Shown here one piece after another: positions 17,345 through 27,356 of a stretch of 64,000 nucleotides of DNA; positions within the stretch are counted from its first letter, which is position 1, and each line of letters opens with the position of its first letter. The stretch lies in the sequence record MK509462, one strand, 5' to 3'. Position numbers and translations under genes: made by a program. This DNA comes from Shigella phage MK-13. Below the pieces are notes generated by a model. That model did not search any database and had not been told where the DNA came from. It saw only the letters and a program-made list of their open reading frames with translations.

Positions 17345-19291
17345 TTACCATTCCCACAGGATGCGGGAATTATCTGTTTTGTTCTCAGGCTCAAGGGATG
17401 AGCTGTTGAAGTTATTGGTCGTGTTGATCTTCTTAGAAGCATCCACATTCTGCTGCACTGGCATTACGACGCTGGCTGGAGGCGGTGAATAGCCGCCTTG
17501 CACTTGTTCAATATTAGACAGCGCCCTCCCTTGTGATGGCATAGCCCCACCCAGAGTACCACCCCCAATAGAACCATACGCATCTTTCAGCTGAGAGGTG
17601 CGGTCATCAGTCACATTCTTGTAATCTGAAGACACACCAGAAGGTATCGGAGTCAGCGTTTGTGGATCAATGTTCGGTTGTGGTGGCATCTGTGGCTGCG
17701 AGGCCGCTGTCGTATTAGGAGACGGATTCTCATCAGTGCCAATCAGCATAGACTGGCGAGCCTCATCCATCTTCTGCTTCGCAGCCTGTCCACCCAGAGC
17801 GTCTGGGATGATACTGACGAATTTGTCAACGATATCGAACATCGCGTTGGTGATAGCGTTCAGCATGTTGAAGAAAGGCTTCTTCACGTTTTCAGCAAAT
17901 CCCTTCTTGATATCGTCAATGACCTTGTTGGCCACACCCATGCCCTCGTCGATCACACTACCGATACCCCCTGTGATCCAGTCGACCAGCTTCATCAATT
18001 CCGACTGAAGGTTGTCTGCCAGCTTGCCAGGGATATCCGTAAGAGACGTGCCTCTCCCGATCCCTGCAAACAAGTCGTTACTAATCCAGTCTACAATGCC
18101 ATTCAGCCAGCGAGCAGGAGCCTCAGTGAGCATGAGGGTATATTTGCGCAGGGTTTCTCCCGCCTCTGTATCGAAGCCAAAGATCTTGGACACCCAGTCA
18201 AATAGATCACCAAAGCCGCCGACCAACTCGGATATGCCCGCCCGTACTCGGTCAACTATCGTGACAGCACCTTTACCCAGGATCTCCTTCGCATCAATGA
18301 AGCCTTTACCGAAGTCCCAGATCATAGACAGAAGAGCCAGTGGACCGACTTTCAGGAACTTGAACACCTTCCCAAATGGACCCAGAAGTTTGGTGATACC
18401 TTCTCCCAGCTTGGAGAACATACCGAGGAAAGCCCCGACAACGCCACCGATGATCTTGAATGGCTTGAGCAGGAATCCCTTCAGTGCATTCAGGCCAAGC
18501 ATGGCCGCCACCGCCGCCCCGATACCGGAGGAATCGTCTTTCTGGTCATCGTCTTTGGGTATAACAGAACTCGCCTGAGGATGACCACCCGTCTCTTTGT
18601 CGGTTTCCCCACGGCGCATCTCTTCCTTCTCACGCCACTTCTGGTCTTCATCAAAGATGCGCGTCAACGCTCCAACGATATGACCACCCGTGCGCCCAAT
18701 CTTGTCTTCAATGCTAGACAAGCGAGTAAGGCTGTCATCGGAGTTCTTTTTCAGTTCAGCAACATCATCACGAACCTCGATCATCACTCCGTCGATCATG
18801 TTCAGGAATGATCCTACACGGACCAGAGACACACTCTGCTCGTCCATGCGCTTGAGGCTGTCATCATTGGCCGACTTCAACTGATCTGAGATCAGGTTCA
18901 GATACTCCAGGGACGTGTCATCTGTTGGCATGCGGGTGATCTCACCGAGGCGGTCAATTTTGCCTGCGATGTTCTCCAGTTCCCGATTGCCTTCGTTGCC
19001 CACATCGACAGTATCCTTCATCCATACGCCGAAGTCGCGGGTGAAGATCGGAGACATGCGAGCGAATCCCATGACGATCTCATTGACCGTCGGGATGCGG
19101 ATTTCAAATGGCTTGGGCTCGGCCTTGGTGTCCTGTTTAGCAGCAGATTCCAGCTTGGCCAGATTCTTGTTCATCCGGTCAAGCTGTTTGTTGGTTTCAT
19201 TCTGAGCGCGGAGTTGTTTGCGCTGCATCATCTCCGCCTTGATCTTGTCTAGAACTTTGACAACATCATTGTTCGTTGCTTCCTGTGCCAT
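17345..19291 (-). CDS. Tail tape-measure-like protein (T4 gp29-like architecture)
   Basis: 648 aa; N-terminal coiled coil, central Gly-rich hydrophobic segments, Pro/Gln-rich C-terminus; assigned by composition and position only. Confidence 0.4.
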   Translation of the reverse strand: MAQEATNNDVVKVLDKIKAEMMQRKQLRAQNETNKQLDRMNKNLAKLESAAKQDTKAEPKPFEIRIPTVNEIVMGFARMSPIFTRDFGVWMKDTVDVGNEGNRELENIAGKIDRLGEITRMPTDDTSLEYLNLISDQLKSANDDSLKRMDEQSVSLVRVGSFLNMIDGVMIEVRDDVAELKKNSDDSLTRLSSIEDKIGRTGGHIVGALTRIFDEDQKWREKEEMRRGETDKETGGHPQASSVIPKDDDQKDDSSGIGAAVAAMLGLNALKGFLLKPFKIIGGVVGAFLGMFSKLGEGITKLLGPFGKVFKFLKVGPLALLSMIWDFGKGFIDAKEILGKGAVTIVDRVRAGISELVGGFGDLFDWVSKIFGFDTEAGETLRKYTLMLTEAPARWLNGIVDWISNDLFAGIGRGTSLTDIPGKLADNLQSELMKLVDWITGGIGSVIDEGMGVANKVIDDIKKGFAENVKKPFFNMLNAITNAMFDIVDKFVSIIPDALGGQAAKQKMDEARQSMLIGTDENPSPNTTAASQPQMPPQPNIDPQTLTPIPSGVSSDYKNVTDDRTSQLKDAYGSIGGGTLGGAMPSQGRALSNIEQVQGGYSPPPASVVMPVQQNVDASKKINTTNNFNSSSLEPENKTDNSRILWEW

Positions 19292-19302
19292 GGGTCACCT
19301 CG

Positions 19303-20691
19303 TTAAACCTTCTGTGCTTGGCCTTTCTCAATCGCCTGAGGAGTAGTGGTGGAAGCAGTTGTCTGATTGGTCTGAGGTGGAAGCACCTGCTCCAGCAAAC
19401 TGTCCTTGGCAATCTCAGCGATGCACTGATAATCTTTGGTCAGGCGGGAAATCTTGTGACGTACTTTGGTCACGATATAGTGGCCTGTCGATAGCTTACT
19501 TAACTCTGCCAGGTTTTCGTTCTTCTTAGGACGGTTGGACTGGTCTTCGATGTAGAACACCTGGCCGACGTTCAGGCGGTTATCACCAACGAGCAACACG
19601 CGCATCACAGTACTGGCAAGACTGAAGTTGATAACACGACGAGCATAATCAATCTGCTCCGCTCCATCCGGTTGGGCTTCAATATAACGGACGTTCTGAC
19701 GATCGAATTCATCTGAGAACATCGGGAATGGGTCAAGGTGAGCCGTCTCTGCAAACCACTCAGTGTAGATGCGCTGTGTTGGGGTGACTGTCTTGGTCTC
19801 AAAGTCGTAGACACGCTCGTTCACCGCTAGGACATCACGGTAGTTTGCCATGAACTGGTCACGCGCCAGCTTCTTCTCTGCCTTAATGATAGTGCGCATG
19901 AAACGCTCAGAGTTGAAGTTGTTATCCTGCATGAGCGGCGCGTCCTGAGGATCACGGAATAACTTGTTCTGCTGAGCCAGTTCCTGCTTCTCTTCTGCCG
20001 TCAATGACTGGCTTCCCTGGTTGAACAACGTCGTCAGGCTCTTGAAGTGATAGCCATTGAAGTCTTCATAGAACACGAATGGCATGAACAATTCGTCATA
20101 AGAACGGCTCGCCATATAATCAATAGATCGCAGCACAGGCCAGAGAGGGGTGGCGAACCGCTCTTGAATACCATATGACGGGTCTATGTCTTCGAACTTG
20201 GTGCGCGACTCCAGCTGATTGAAGATTACCTTTGCCATGTCAGAGTACGAACCGTCAAGACCGAGGGAGCAGCGGATCATGCTGTCCTTGTAGGCATCGG
20301 TAGTCACCATGTGCAACCAGAATGCTTTCTTGGACGAGCTGTTGGACTCATCGGCCACGCGCCCTACCCGCGCCACGCGCAGAGAAAGGGTTGTGTAATC
20401 CGAGGCCGCCGGACTCTTGAATGACACCACAACTTCTTCACCACCCAAGATAGGCATTGTGTCCAGAATGTCCCACCCCTCTTTTATCAAGACATTGGCT
20501 GTGAGCGATGGAGATGACTTCCCTTCAAGACCCAGATCCTGGAAGACGTTGAACTCCTCAAACAACGCCGTCAGGTCATATGGCGTTGGTGTTCCGCCCT
20601 GGGGTGTATGAGGGAGGATCGCCATATACTTCAGGTCAAATGTTGTTGACGGTGTTACAATACCGTCTTGGGTTTCTCTGTTTTCGATCAT
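19303..20691 (-). CDS. Baseplate or tail structural protein (possibly hub-like)
   Basis: 462 aa ORF in an operon with tape-measure-like and tail-tube-like genes; no diagnostic motif. Confidence 0.35.
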   Translation of the reverse strand: MIENRETQDGIVTPSTTFDLKYMAILPHTPQGGTPTPYDLTALFEEFNVFQDLGLEGKSSPSLTANVLIKEGWDILDTMPILGGEEVVVSFKSPAASDYTTLSLRVARVGRVADESNSSSKKAFWLHMVTTDAYKDSMIRCSLGLDGSYSDMAKVIFNQLESRTKFEDIDPSYGIQERFATPLWPVLRSIDYMASRSYDELFMPFVFYEDFNGYHFKSLTTLFNQGSQSLTAEEKQELAQQNKLFRDPQDAPLMQDNNFNSERFMRTIIKAEKKLARDQFMANYRDVLAVNERVYDFETKTVTPTQRIYTEWFAETAHLDPFPMFSDEFDRQNVRYIEAQPDGAEQIDYARRVINFSLASTVMRVLLVGDNRLNVGQVFYIEDQSNRPKKNENLAELSKLSTGHYIVTKVRHKISRLTKDYQCIAEIAKDSLLEQVLPPQTNQTTASTTTPQAIEKGQAQKV

Positions 20692-21242
20692 TTCGCCAAC
20701 TCCTGCTCCAGCTGATTGACAAACGAAGACACATAATCTGGGTCGAGTACTTGGATGTTCCGTTTGGCTTCGTTCTTACTGATTGCGTCATCATGATATG
20801 AAACTGCCGTCAGGCCATAGTTAGCAATTATGGACGGCTCATCCAGGTCCAGGTTATATGCAAATTTGATAGCACGGGCGTCAGTCACATTGTTGAACTG
20901 GTCGACATAATAGGCTGTATCCCACATACCATCGATGCCATAGTCCGCAGTCAGTTCTTCAACAATACGACGTTCCGGTTTCGGCCAGTCCTTATTGATG
21001 TCCATGATGCCGTTTATCAGGCAAGGTATCCAAAACAACTCGAAGGATCCGTAAACGCGTTCTGCGAAAGACCTTGGGGTTTCCCCCTCTTGGATCGTAT
21101 ACGGCAGGAGAAGCCCTTCGATGTCCTTAATTTTCTGTAAGATCATTACCCGGCGCGTTAAGTTCTGTAACAGCACCTGATCATTCTCTTGGACATCTTG
21201 CAATTGATGCCAAACAAGGGGAAACTTCTCAAAATATTTCAT
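20688..21242 (-). CDS. Hypothetical structural-module protein
   Basis: 184 aa; ATGA-type coupling within the tail operon. Confidence 0.4.
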   Translation of the reverse strand: MKYFEKFPLVWHQLQDVQENDQVLLQNLTRRVMILQKIKDIEGLLLPYTIQEGETPRSFAERVYGSFELFWIPCLINGIMDINKDWPKPERRIVEELTADYGIDGMWDTAYYVDQFNNVTDARAIKFAYNLDLDEPSIIANYGLTAVSYHDDAISKNEAKRNIQVLDPDYVSSFVNQLEQELAK

Positions 21243-21253
21243 GGCATCCTCTC

Positions 21254-22222
21254 TTAGAAGCTATCGCCTTCGGTTTCAAAGCGCCCTTTATGCAGAGGCT
21301 CCAGTTCGATGAAGGTCATGTCAACCTGTGTAGACACGATCCCATCATCCTTGTGTACTGCATATGAACTGTCCGGCGTTTCGTTGACGAACATGTTGGA
21401 CAGCACGCAGGTGGAGATGCGGTGGAGCCATTGGTTACGCTCACCATTGACCATGAACGTGATATCAAAGGTCGATGGATGCAGATAGAAGGCACTAGAG
21501 TTCTTGTTGTACTTGTACTCAGGGTACATGTGCATCTTGAACAAACGGATGATCTCACGGACCATCTTGGCTTCCTTCTGAGATCGCGGCGTGAATTTGA
21601 ATGTAAATGGAATCTCACGGTTGCGGACGCCCTGGAAGATCATCTCCACATACGGGTTGGTCATGGTGCCTGTGAACAACTCAAGGGTGTCATGGGCGTT
21701 AATGGTCGGTAGGAATGGAATGGACTCCGACGCAGATTGGATGGCCTTGGTGGCAGCGAATCGCCCCATCTCCTTCCCGACGTTCAATGCATCACCCAGT
21801 TTAAACTGAGTCATGTCTTGGGCGGCGCGGGAAAGGAACTGTGCCCCCATTCCAGCCAGCCCCAGCTCACTGCCATTCCAGCCAACGCCATAGTTGGTTG
21901 TAATGGACTCTGGCATACACAGAACAATAGATTCGTTCGAGCGAACGTGGCGCGCCCATGCATATTTGGTGATGGAACCAGACTTGGACCCATAGACCAC
22001 AGGAGTATTCCCCAGAGGGTTCTGTATTGGGTTCTCGACAGTCTGGGTAGCCGTGTCACCGTAAGATGAACCGGAGATGCGGTTGATGTTGAATAGGACA
22101 TAGTGTCCCAGGGTCTTACCCCCAGTGACGTCCAGGGGATAGGTCAATTGCTTCTGAGCCTGGGACAATCCCTTCGTGTTCAGAACTTTGATCTTATCGA
22201 TTGTCTTTTTGAAGTCGGACAT
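21254..22222 (-). CDS. Tail-tube/baseplate family protein (gp48/gp54-like)
   Basis: 322 aa; divergent from gp4 as gene 53 is in T4; N-terminal HYVLFNINRI weakly resembles the tube family motif. Confidence 0.4.
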   Translation of the reverse strand: MSDFKKTIDKIKVLNTKGLSQAQKQLTYPLDVTGGKTLGHYVLFNINRISGSSYGDTATQTVENPIQNPLGNTPVVYGSKSGSITKYAWARHVRSNESIVLCMPESITTNYGVGWNGSELGLAGMGAQFLSRAAQDMTQFKLGDALNVGKEMGRFAATKAIQSASESIPFLPTINAHDTLELFTGTMTNPYVEMIFQGVRNREIPFTFKFTPRSQKEAKMVREIIRLFKMHMYPEYKYNKNSSAFYLHPSTFDITFMVNGERNQWLHRISTCVLSNMFVNETPDSSYAVHKDDGIVSTQVDMTFIELEPLHKGRFETEGDSF

Positions 22223-22272
22223 GGTCTCAGCCCTTAAATAGATAGAGTGTTATGGCTATTTAGGACTAAATT

Positions 22273-22887
22273 ATGAGCAACTATCTTCAGGGGAAGTATA
22301 CCCCGGTTAATCCCAAGAAGTATCAGGGGAATGTGAACAACATCATCTTCCGCTCTTCGCTGGAGTTGGTGGCTTTCAAGTTCTGTGATATGAACTCCGC
22401 GATAGTGAAGTGGTCGAGCGAGGAGACTGTAATCCCTTACATTTCCCCAGTCGACGGGCGCACCCATCGTTACTTCATGGACCTCAAGGTCTGGACGCGC
22501 CGTGAAGGGCAAGAGGAACTGCAGGTCACCCTCATTGAGATCAAGCCCAAAGACCAGATCAAGCAGCCGAAGAAGACTCCGAACATGAAGGAGTCGACAT
22601 TCAACAATGCGATGCGAACCTGGTTGGTCAACTCTGCCAAGTGGGAGGCTACCCGTGAACTGTGTGCTAAGAAGAACTGGAAGTTCATTATCTGGACTGA
22701 AGAACATCTTGTTCCAGGTGAAGATCCGGATGTCCGCAAACAGTTTGAGCTGAAGTCGAAGAAGAAACGGGATATGGAGATGCAAGATCGCCGACATGCC
22801 GAACGCGTCAGGGTGCTGAAGGAACAGATGCGGAAGGAGATTAAACCCGCCCCAACGGAGCGGGATGATGGACTTCTATTACCTTAA
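22273..22887 (+). CDS. Head completion protein (T4 gp4-like)
   Basis: N-terminus YLQGKYTPVNPKKYQGNVNNIIFRSSLEL...IPYISPVDGRTHRYF parallels T4 gp4 (LYKGKFRPKNPEKYEGDINNIIYRSSWEL...IPYRSPIDNRYHRYF). Confidence 0.75.
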   Translation: MSNYLQGKYTPVNPKKYQGNVNNIIFRSSLELVAFKFCDMNSAIVKWSSEETVIPYISPVDGRTHRYFMDLKVWTRREGQEELQVTLIEIKPKDQIKQPKKTPNMKESTFNNAMRTWLVNSAKWEATRELCAKKNWKFIIWTEEHLVPGEDPDVRKQFELKSKKKRDMEMQDRRHAERVRVLKEQMRKEIKPAPTERDDGLLLP

Positions 22888-23153
22888 CTTCTTTTGTGGC
22901 CAGGGGCGTAGCAGGTATATCTGTCACGCCCGATTTGCCAGCCGTCTGCTCGCGCCTGTTTGACACACTCACCCCAAGTCTCACCAGAGTACTGCTTGAA
23001 CCCGCATTTGGGGTGGTGTTCTTCCCAAGCCCAACTACATGATTTGCAGTCGGAGCATTCACAATACAGGTCGATGGTGTAGCCTGAAGTGATCACAATC
23101 AATCGTCCAGCTGGTCGTAGATCTTCTGGCGGAACGCATTGCCGCCAGCACAA
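22884..23153 (-). CDS. Small Cys-rich (zinc-ribbon-like) protein
   Basis: 89 aa with CxC...CxxC...C pattern. Confidence 0.35.
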   Translation of the reverse strand: MCWRQCVPPEDLRPAGRLIVITSGYTIDLYCECSDCKSCSWAWEEHHPKCGFKQYSGETWGECVKQARADGWQIGRDRYTCYAPGHKRS

Positions 23154-23506
23154 CCCGTGGCCAGCAGGCGAGTGCCGCCCGTACCGATGACACTGATGGT
23201 AGAGAAGCCCAGGATGCGACCTGTGATGGACTGGTCGACCTTCACTGTTTCCACCTTGCCGATGCGCAACTCATCAGCATCACGACGGATGAAACCACGT
23301 TTGACGATGACACGCTTGTTGGTCACAGCGAATTCAGTGGTCAGGACGTTCAGTACAGTCGGGATCAGGAACAACAGACTGATGCCGAAGGTTGGCACAA
23401 ACAGCAGCACAACCAACACATACATCCAGAAGCCGCTCCACCAAGTCGGGCGGGTGAAGGCAATAACGTGCTCGTCTTTGCCGAGCATACGATCTACATA
23501 ACGCAT
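23099..23506 (-). CDS. Membrane protein with bacterial PH-like (bPH_2/YdbS-like) domain
   Basis: Two TM helices followed by TEFAVTNKRVIVKRGFIRRDADELRIGKVETV, typical of bPH_2 domains. Confidence 0.45.
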   Translation of the reverse strand: MRYVDRMLGKDEHVIAFTRPTWWSGFWMYVLVVLLFVPTFGISLLFLIPTVLNVLTTEFAVTNKRVIVKRGFIRRDADELRIGKVETVKVDQSITGRILGFSTISVIGTGGTRLLATGCAGGNAFRQKIYDQLDD

Positions 23507-23516
23507 GATAAATTCC

Positions 23517-24026
23517 TTACTTGTCAGGGTTCACTAAAACAGGGGTGGATACCAGTTCGCCGTTCTTCACAGAATGCTGGACTACAGCACACTGATCGAC
23601 CATGCGATATACTTCAATTCCAGCAGCCAGCATTTCAATAATGCCGTCTGTGATTCGGTACGGTATATTGTAGATGACCTTCTTGATAGCGCAGCTTTTG
23701 ATTATCAGCTGAGTACAAACAGGGCATGGGCTGTGTGAGACGAACATCGTCAGATCAACGCGGTTGTCCAATGCTTCAGGGATGCGCATCAAAGCGTTCT
23801 CTTCTGCGTGGACAACCCCGACTGATACCAACTCACCGTCTACTTCCTGCTCACAGACATTAGGAGCGCCAGGAGCAGTCCCGTTCCAACCGATGGCAAC
23901 AGGTTGGTCGGTCTGTTCATCAACGATAACACAGCCGACCTTCAGGCGCCGAGCATAGCTGGACAGTGCATATGCATGAGCCGAGCGCATGTGCGCAAAC
24001 ATCATACGGGGCTTGATAGTCATCAC
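23517..24026 (-). CDS. dCMP deaminase (T4 cd-like)
   Basis: Zinc-binding cytidine/deoxycytidylate deaminase motifs HAEENA and SPCPVC. Confidence 0.75.
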   Translation of the reverse strand: MMTIKPRMMFAHMRSAHAYALSSYARRLKVGCVIVDEQTDQPVAIGWNGTAPGAPNVCEQEVDGELVSVGVVHAEENALMRIPEALDNRVDLTMFVSHSPCPVCTQLIIKSCAIKKVIYNIPYRITDGIIEMLAAGIEVYRMVDQCAVVQHSVKNGELVSTPVLVNPDK

Positions 24027-24424
24027 TCACCTCTCAGAAGACGGGCGAAACGTTCAACAATCCGGTTGCGCGGTTTCACAGGGACGACTTCATTAATTGT
24101 GATCGCCATCCTGTAATTGGTGGAAAAGTCACAATCCGATTCGAAGGTGTAAACCTTCTCACCAGAGTACCCACTTTTGTAGTAATCCTCACAGAGTTGT
24201 GAAGACTCTACGATGGAATTTGCCACCCTCCAGTGCCCTAAAAGATATTGCCCCTGCACATCATCTTTGATGACATCCAAAACTGCTTCGAATTCACCTG
24301 ACATGACGGTCCTGAACGCCACGTTCGCTTCGTCGCCCTCTGGAAGGTATGCGTGGGTTCTGGACCAAATTTCTACGCCATCATCAACTCGGACTAGGGA
24401 GAACCCCAGCAAATATCTTTTCAT
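24023..24424 (-). CDS. Hypothetical protein
   Basis: 133 aa; ATGA coupling. Confidence 0.4.
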   Translation of the reverse strand: MKRYLLGFSLVRVDDGVEIWSRTHAYLPEGDEANVAFRTVMSGEFEAVLDVIKDDVQGQYLLGHWRVANSIVESSQLCEDYYKSGYSGEKVYTFESDCDFSTNYRMAITINEVVPVKPRNRIVERFARLLRGE

Positions 24425-24735
24425 GACACCAACGCCTTTTCCAGGAAGAAGATCATATCGTCCTGGTCTGCACGACCGAAGATCTGACCCATGGCGACCA
24501 TCTGGTGAACTTCCCTGGCAATGATTTCTTTACCAGGAGTAACTTCATCCAGGTCCATGATAGTGCTGACGCGGTCTACCATGCGCGGCGGGTGATTGAT
24601 GTAGCGCTGCAGGTACTTCTCGCGAGTGGCGATCAGGTTGTTCAGCTCGGCGATTTCAGACTCATCTTCTGAGAAGCGCTTTTCCTTCGCCTGCAGTTCA
24701 GCCAGGCGCTCATACATTTCTTTTAATGGGGTCAT
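24421..24735 (-). CDS. Hypothetical protein
   Basis: 104 aa, coiled-coil-like. Confidence 0.4.
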   Translation of the reverse strand: MTPLKEMYERLAELQAKEKRFSEDESEIAELNNLIATREKYLQRYINHPPRMVDRVSTIMDLDEVTPGKEIIAREVHQMVAMGQIFGRADQDDMIFFLEKALVS

Positions 24736-24744
24736 TTCCGGTTC

Positions 24745-24779
24745 CTCTTAATAAACTAAGGGGAAGTATATACTCCCCC
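24745..24779 (-). terminator. Hairpin (ggggaag-tatata-cttcccc type) with T-rich tail on the minus strand
   Basis: GC stem with TATATAC loop between minus-strand genes; approximate coordinates. Confidence 0.4.
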
Positions 24780-24805
24780 TTCTTCAATAACCGCTGAATC
24801 TTTAT

Positions 24806-25144
24806 TCAGAGATAAGACTTACCGAGTTCAGTCAGGCGGTAGAACGTCACCTCAGTGTTCGGCCAGTTCACGTACGAGCCGTCATGAACCATTGAGCCAG
24901 CTGGTTCAATCAGCCCTTTGGCCAACAGGGAAGCCCCAGTGCGGGTATCCCACGGATCACCTTTGACGGAGGTGAAACCACCAGCGTTCGGGCATACCTG
25001 GAACGTCCAGACGGTGTTGCCCTTGTCATTGGCCCAGGATTTGGGATGCAAGTACCGTTCACCATAACGGCGATGACCTTTCTCAAAGTTCTCTATTCCG
25101 TAGAGAACCAAGAGTTGGTGCCCTGTAATACGCGGCTTTTTCAT
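24806..25144 (-). CDS. Hypothetical protein
   Basis: ORF 24806..25237; start moved to the internal ATG that forms an ATGA overlap with the upstream gene. Confidence 0.35.
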   Translation of the reverse strand: MKKPRITGHQLLVLYGIENFEKGHRRYGERYLHPKSWANDKGNTVWTFQVCPNAGGFTSVKGDPWDTRTGASLLAKGLIEPAGSMVHDGSYVNWPNTEVTFYRLTELGKSYL

Positions 25145-25458
25145 AACAATACCCCTTTCAGAGCCAAAACAGAAAGCACACCGATAATCAACCATGTCGG
25201 GATAATCGGCTTGCAATTCATGTGGGTTATCCCACATGTAATCTCTGGGCTGCCTTGTATAGAAACATGGTCGGCGGTTGCTCTTAATGTCATCACACTA
25301 CCCATCAATACGATAGGTCTGACGTAATAGCCCGTTTCTGTTCTTTTCACGATACAAGGAGAGGAGAAACGCAAGTTGGGATCTCCTCCCCGATAACCCG
25401 TGAACTCCACCTTCTCCACTTCAGAAGGCACTTTCTGACCAGGAAAATAAATTTTCAT
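25141..25458 (-). CDS. Small protein with C-terminal TM helix
   Basis: 105 aa; C-terminal [19 protein letters not shown]. Confidence 0.35.
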   Translation of the reverse strand: MKIYFPGQKVPSEVEKVEFTGYRGGDPNLRFSSPCIVKRTETGYYVRPIVLMGSVMTLRATADHVSIQGSPEITCGITHMNCKPIIPTWLIIGVLSVLALKGVLL

Positions 25459-26033
25459 ATTTCAATCCCCAGATTGGTATAGAGCAGCTCGGCCAATGTC
25501 ACAGGGCGCTTGAATTGTTCCCAGCTGCAGTTCAGGTATTCGCGTTCTTCACGCATTTCGCCGTGAAGATGACCATGGATATTATACGCCCAGCGGTCTA
25601 ATTGATAAGGAACGTGAGTGGTCAGCACACGACCAACCGGAGTGTCACGCTCATACATGGCACCGAAGGAGCTAATCCATCCCTCTTGATACAGCTGCAT
25701 CAACATCTTGAAGCTGTCATGGTTGCCTTGCGCCACCCTGATGATAAAGTTCGGACGCCAGTCATCGGGAACTGGGCGGCGCTTGAACTCATCAATGTTC
25801 CGCTTGGCACCCTCGCGCATCAGGCGAATGAACCCCTCAGCCCCGATGAAGCAGATGTCGCCTGCAAGTTCAAGGACGTCTCGGGACTTCAGTCCCTGAT
25901 AGATACTGTCAATGACCGCAGCGTCGTGGGCTTCCTGTGTGTCGAACCCACGGGGCTTGAAGATCTTCTTGTGTCCAAGGTGGGTGTCGCCCAGATACTT
26001 TACAATTCCTGCCATTATGGTCTCCTCAACCAT
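25455..26033 (-). CDS. Calcineurin-like metallophosphoesterase
   Basis: GDTHLG, GDICF, GNHD and HGHLHG motifs in canonical order. Confidence 0.65.
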   Translation of the reverse strand: MVEETIMAGIVKYLGDTHLGHKKIFKPRGFDTQEAHDAAVIDSIYQGLKSRDVLELAGDICFIGAEGFIRLMREGAKRNIDEFKRRPVPDDWRPNFIIRVAQGNHDSFKMLMQLYQEGWISSFGAMYERDTPVGRVLTTHVPYQLDRWAYNIHGHLHGEMREEREYLNCSWEQFKRPVTLAELLYTNLGIEI

Positions 26034-26341
26034 TCTAAAATCGGTACGTTCACAAATCCTTTATGCCAGCGATGTGGTTTGTGACCTCTGTTGTGTTCGA
26101 GCAAACACGTGTCCGGTGGGACACTGAAGTGGATGCCGTCGATGTCGTAATAATTCCCATCAATCAGAGTGTACACGTGGCCTTCAATCTGACTGTAATG
26201 GATCTCTGCTTGAGGGTACACGTGCTTCAACAACAGAGCAACCTGATAGCACTTCCCGTTCTTTCCAACATATTCGACATCCACCTGTTGTGGAAACACA
26301 TCCTTGACGAGGTTTATCAACATAGTGATGTCGTTCACCAC
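26015..26341 (-). CDS. Hypothetical protein
   Basis: 108 aa ORF. Confidence 0.4.
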   Translation of the reverse strand: MVNDITMLINLVKDVFPQQVDVEYVGKNGKCYQVALLLKHVYPQAEIHYSQIEGHVYTLIDGNYYDIDGIHFSVPPDTCLLEHNRGHKPHRWHKGFVNVPILEWLRRP

Positions 26342-26421
26342 AACAGACGGTTTTCATATCGCCTCTCCCGAGGATTCATTGGTGAAACAATGATACTCTA
26401 TCCTGGATATAGAAAAGCCCC

Positions 26422-26781
26422 TCACGGGGCTTCATCTTCTTCAGATTTGAATACTTGCCATCGGCCTATTCCACACCATTCTCCGGTGTTGTTAGAGTAG
26501 CGGGTTGTTCTGGGTCCACCGATTTCATATCCCCATTTGAAGAAACTCCATCTCTCTTTCAGGGTCGGCGGCTTGTTACCCACCGACAAGGAGCAAGCGG
26601 TGATCCAGCGCATGATACTGATGGCCTGGAACGCTGGATGAACAAACAGAGAGTACAGAACTCCCAACGTCACCACGAGGAATACTGTCACTGTTATGAC
26701 GCCGACGAATTCGAAGAATGCGCTCATCCTACCACCTCCAGACCCATCAAGTCTTCCATAGTCTTTTGAATGCGCAGCCAA
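26422..26781 (-). CDS. Membrane protein
   Basis: 119 aa with hydrophobic helix VGVITVTVFLVVTLGVLYSLFV; true start may be the internal Met. Confidence 0.35.
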   Translation of the reverse strand: MAAHSKDYGRLDGSGGGRMSAFFEFVGVITVTVFLVVTLGVLYSLFVHPAFQAISIMRWITACSLSVGNKPPTLKERWSFFKWGYEIGGPRTTRYSNNTGEWCGIGRWQVFKSEEDEAP

Positions 26782-27356
26782 TCAAGCGCGGCGTCATAAC
26801 GAGGATCATGATAGACCATGCCTTCCAGTTCCCACGCCTTGATGCCAGCGTAGCGATCCTGTTGCCCGACACCCTTCACCCAGCTCACGATGTCGAAGGT
26901 GTGGTGGTAATCCCATGGCTCGTTGGAGTCCTGCTTGCACGTCACCTCAATGATGTGCTGAGCCTTGCGCAGATCGAACAAGTTACGGTCACACCAGTCA
27001 ACCGAGCGCGGGTCTACCCCAAGACGATGGCATCCCTTGCGGATTTCATCGGCCAGCTGGAAGATAGAGATGTCCTGCTCAGTCGGGTATAGACTGACGG
27101 CGCGAGCCGCATCACACGGGTTGCGTTTACCCGTCCCCAACCACCATTCTACCGTCCCCTGGTCCTTCACGCGACCGAGTTCGATCTGCTCTTTGACATT
27201 CAGCTTGATGAACGTCGTGCGCTCCTCAACCAGTTGCTGAAGAGTATAACGCTTGGTCAGGTCGGCGATGGTATGTGCCCAGGACAACACGACTGCATCA
27301 TCCCAGCGACCCAGAGTCTCGCTGTCGGCCACTGCCAAGAAGTTAGACTTGTACAT
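26724..27356 (-). CDS. Hypothetical protein (possible DEDD-type 3'-5' exonuclease)
   Basis: 210 aa; weak DxE (ADSET), H..FD and Y...D spacing reminiscent of DnaQ-like exonucleases; low confidence. Confidence 0.3.
   Translation of the reverse strand: MYKSNFLAVADSETLGRWDDAVVLSWAHTIADLTKRYTLQQLVEERTTFIKLNVKEQIELGRVKDQGTVEWWLGTGKRNPCDAARAVSLYPTEQDISIFQLADEIRKGCHRLGVDPRSVDWCDRNLFDLRKAQHIIEVTCKQDSNEPWDYHHTFDIVSWVKGVGQQDRYAGIKAWELEGMVYHDPRYDAALDWLRIQKTMEDLMGLEVVG

Noticed and set aside
17660-19205. Plus-strand ORFs (17660..18205, 17670..18008, 18012..18578, 18581..18811, 18915..19205) opposite the tape-measure-like gene
   Set aside because: Antisense to a long minus-strand gene; low-complexity translations typical of shadow ORFs
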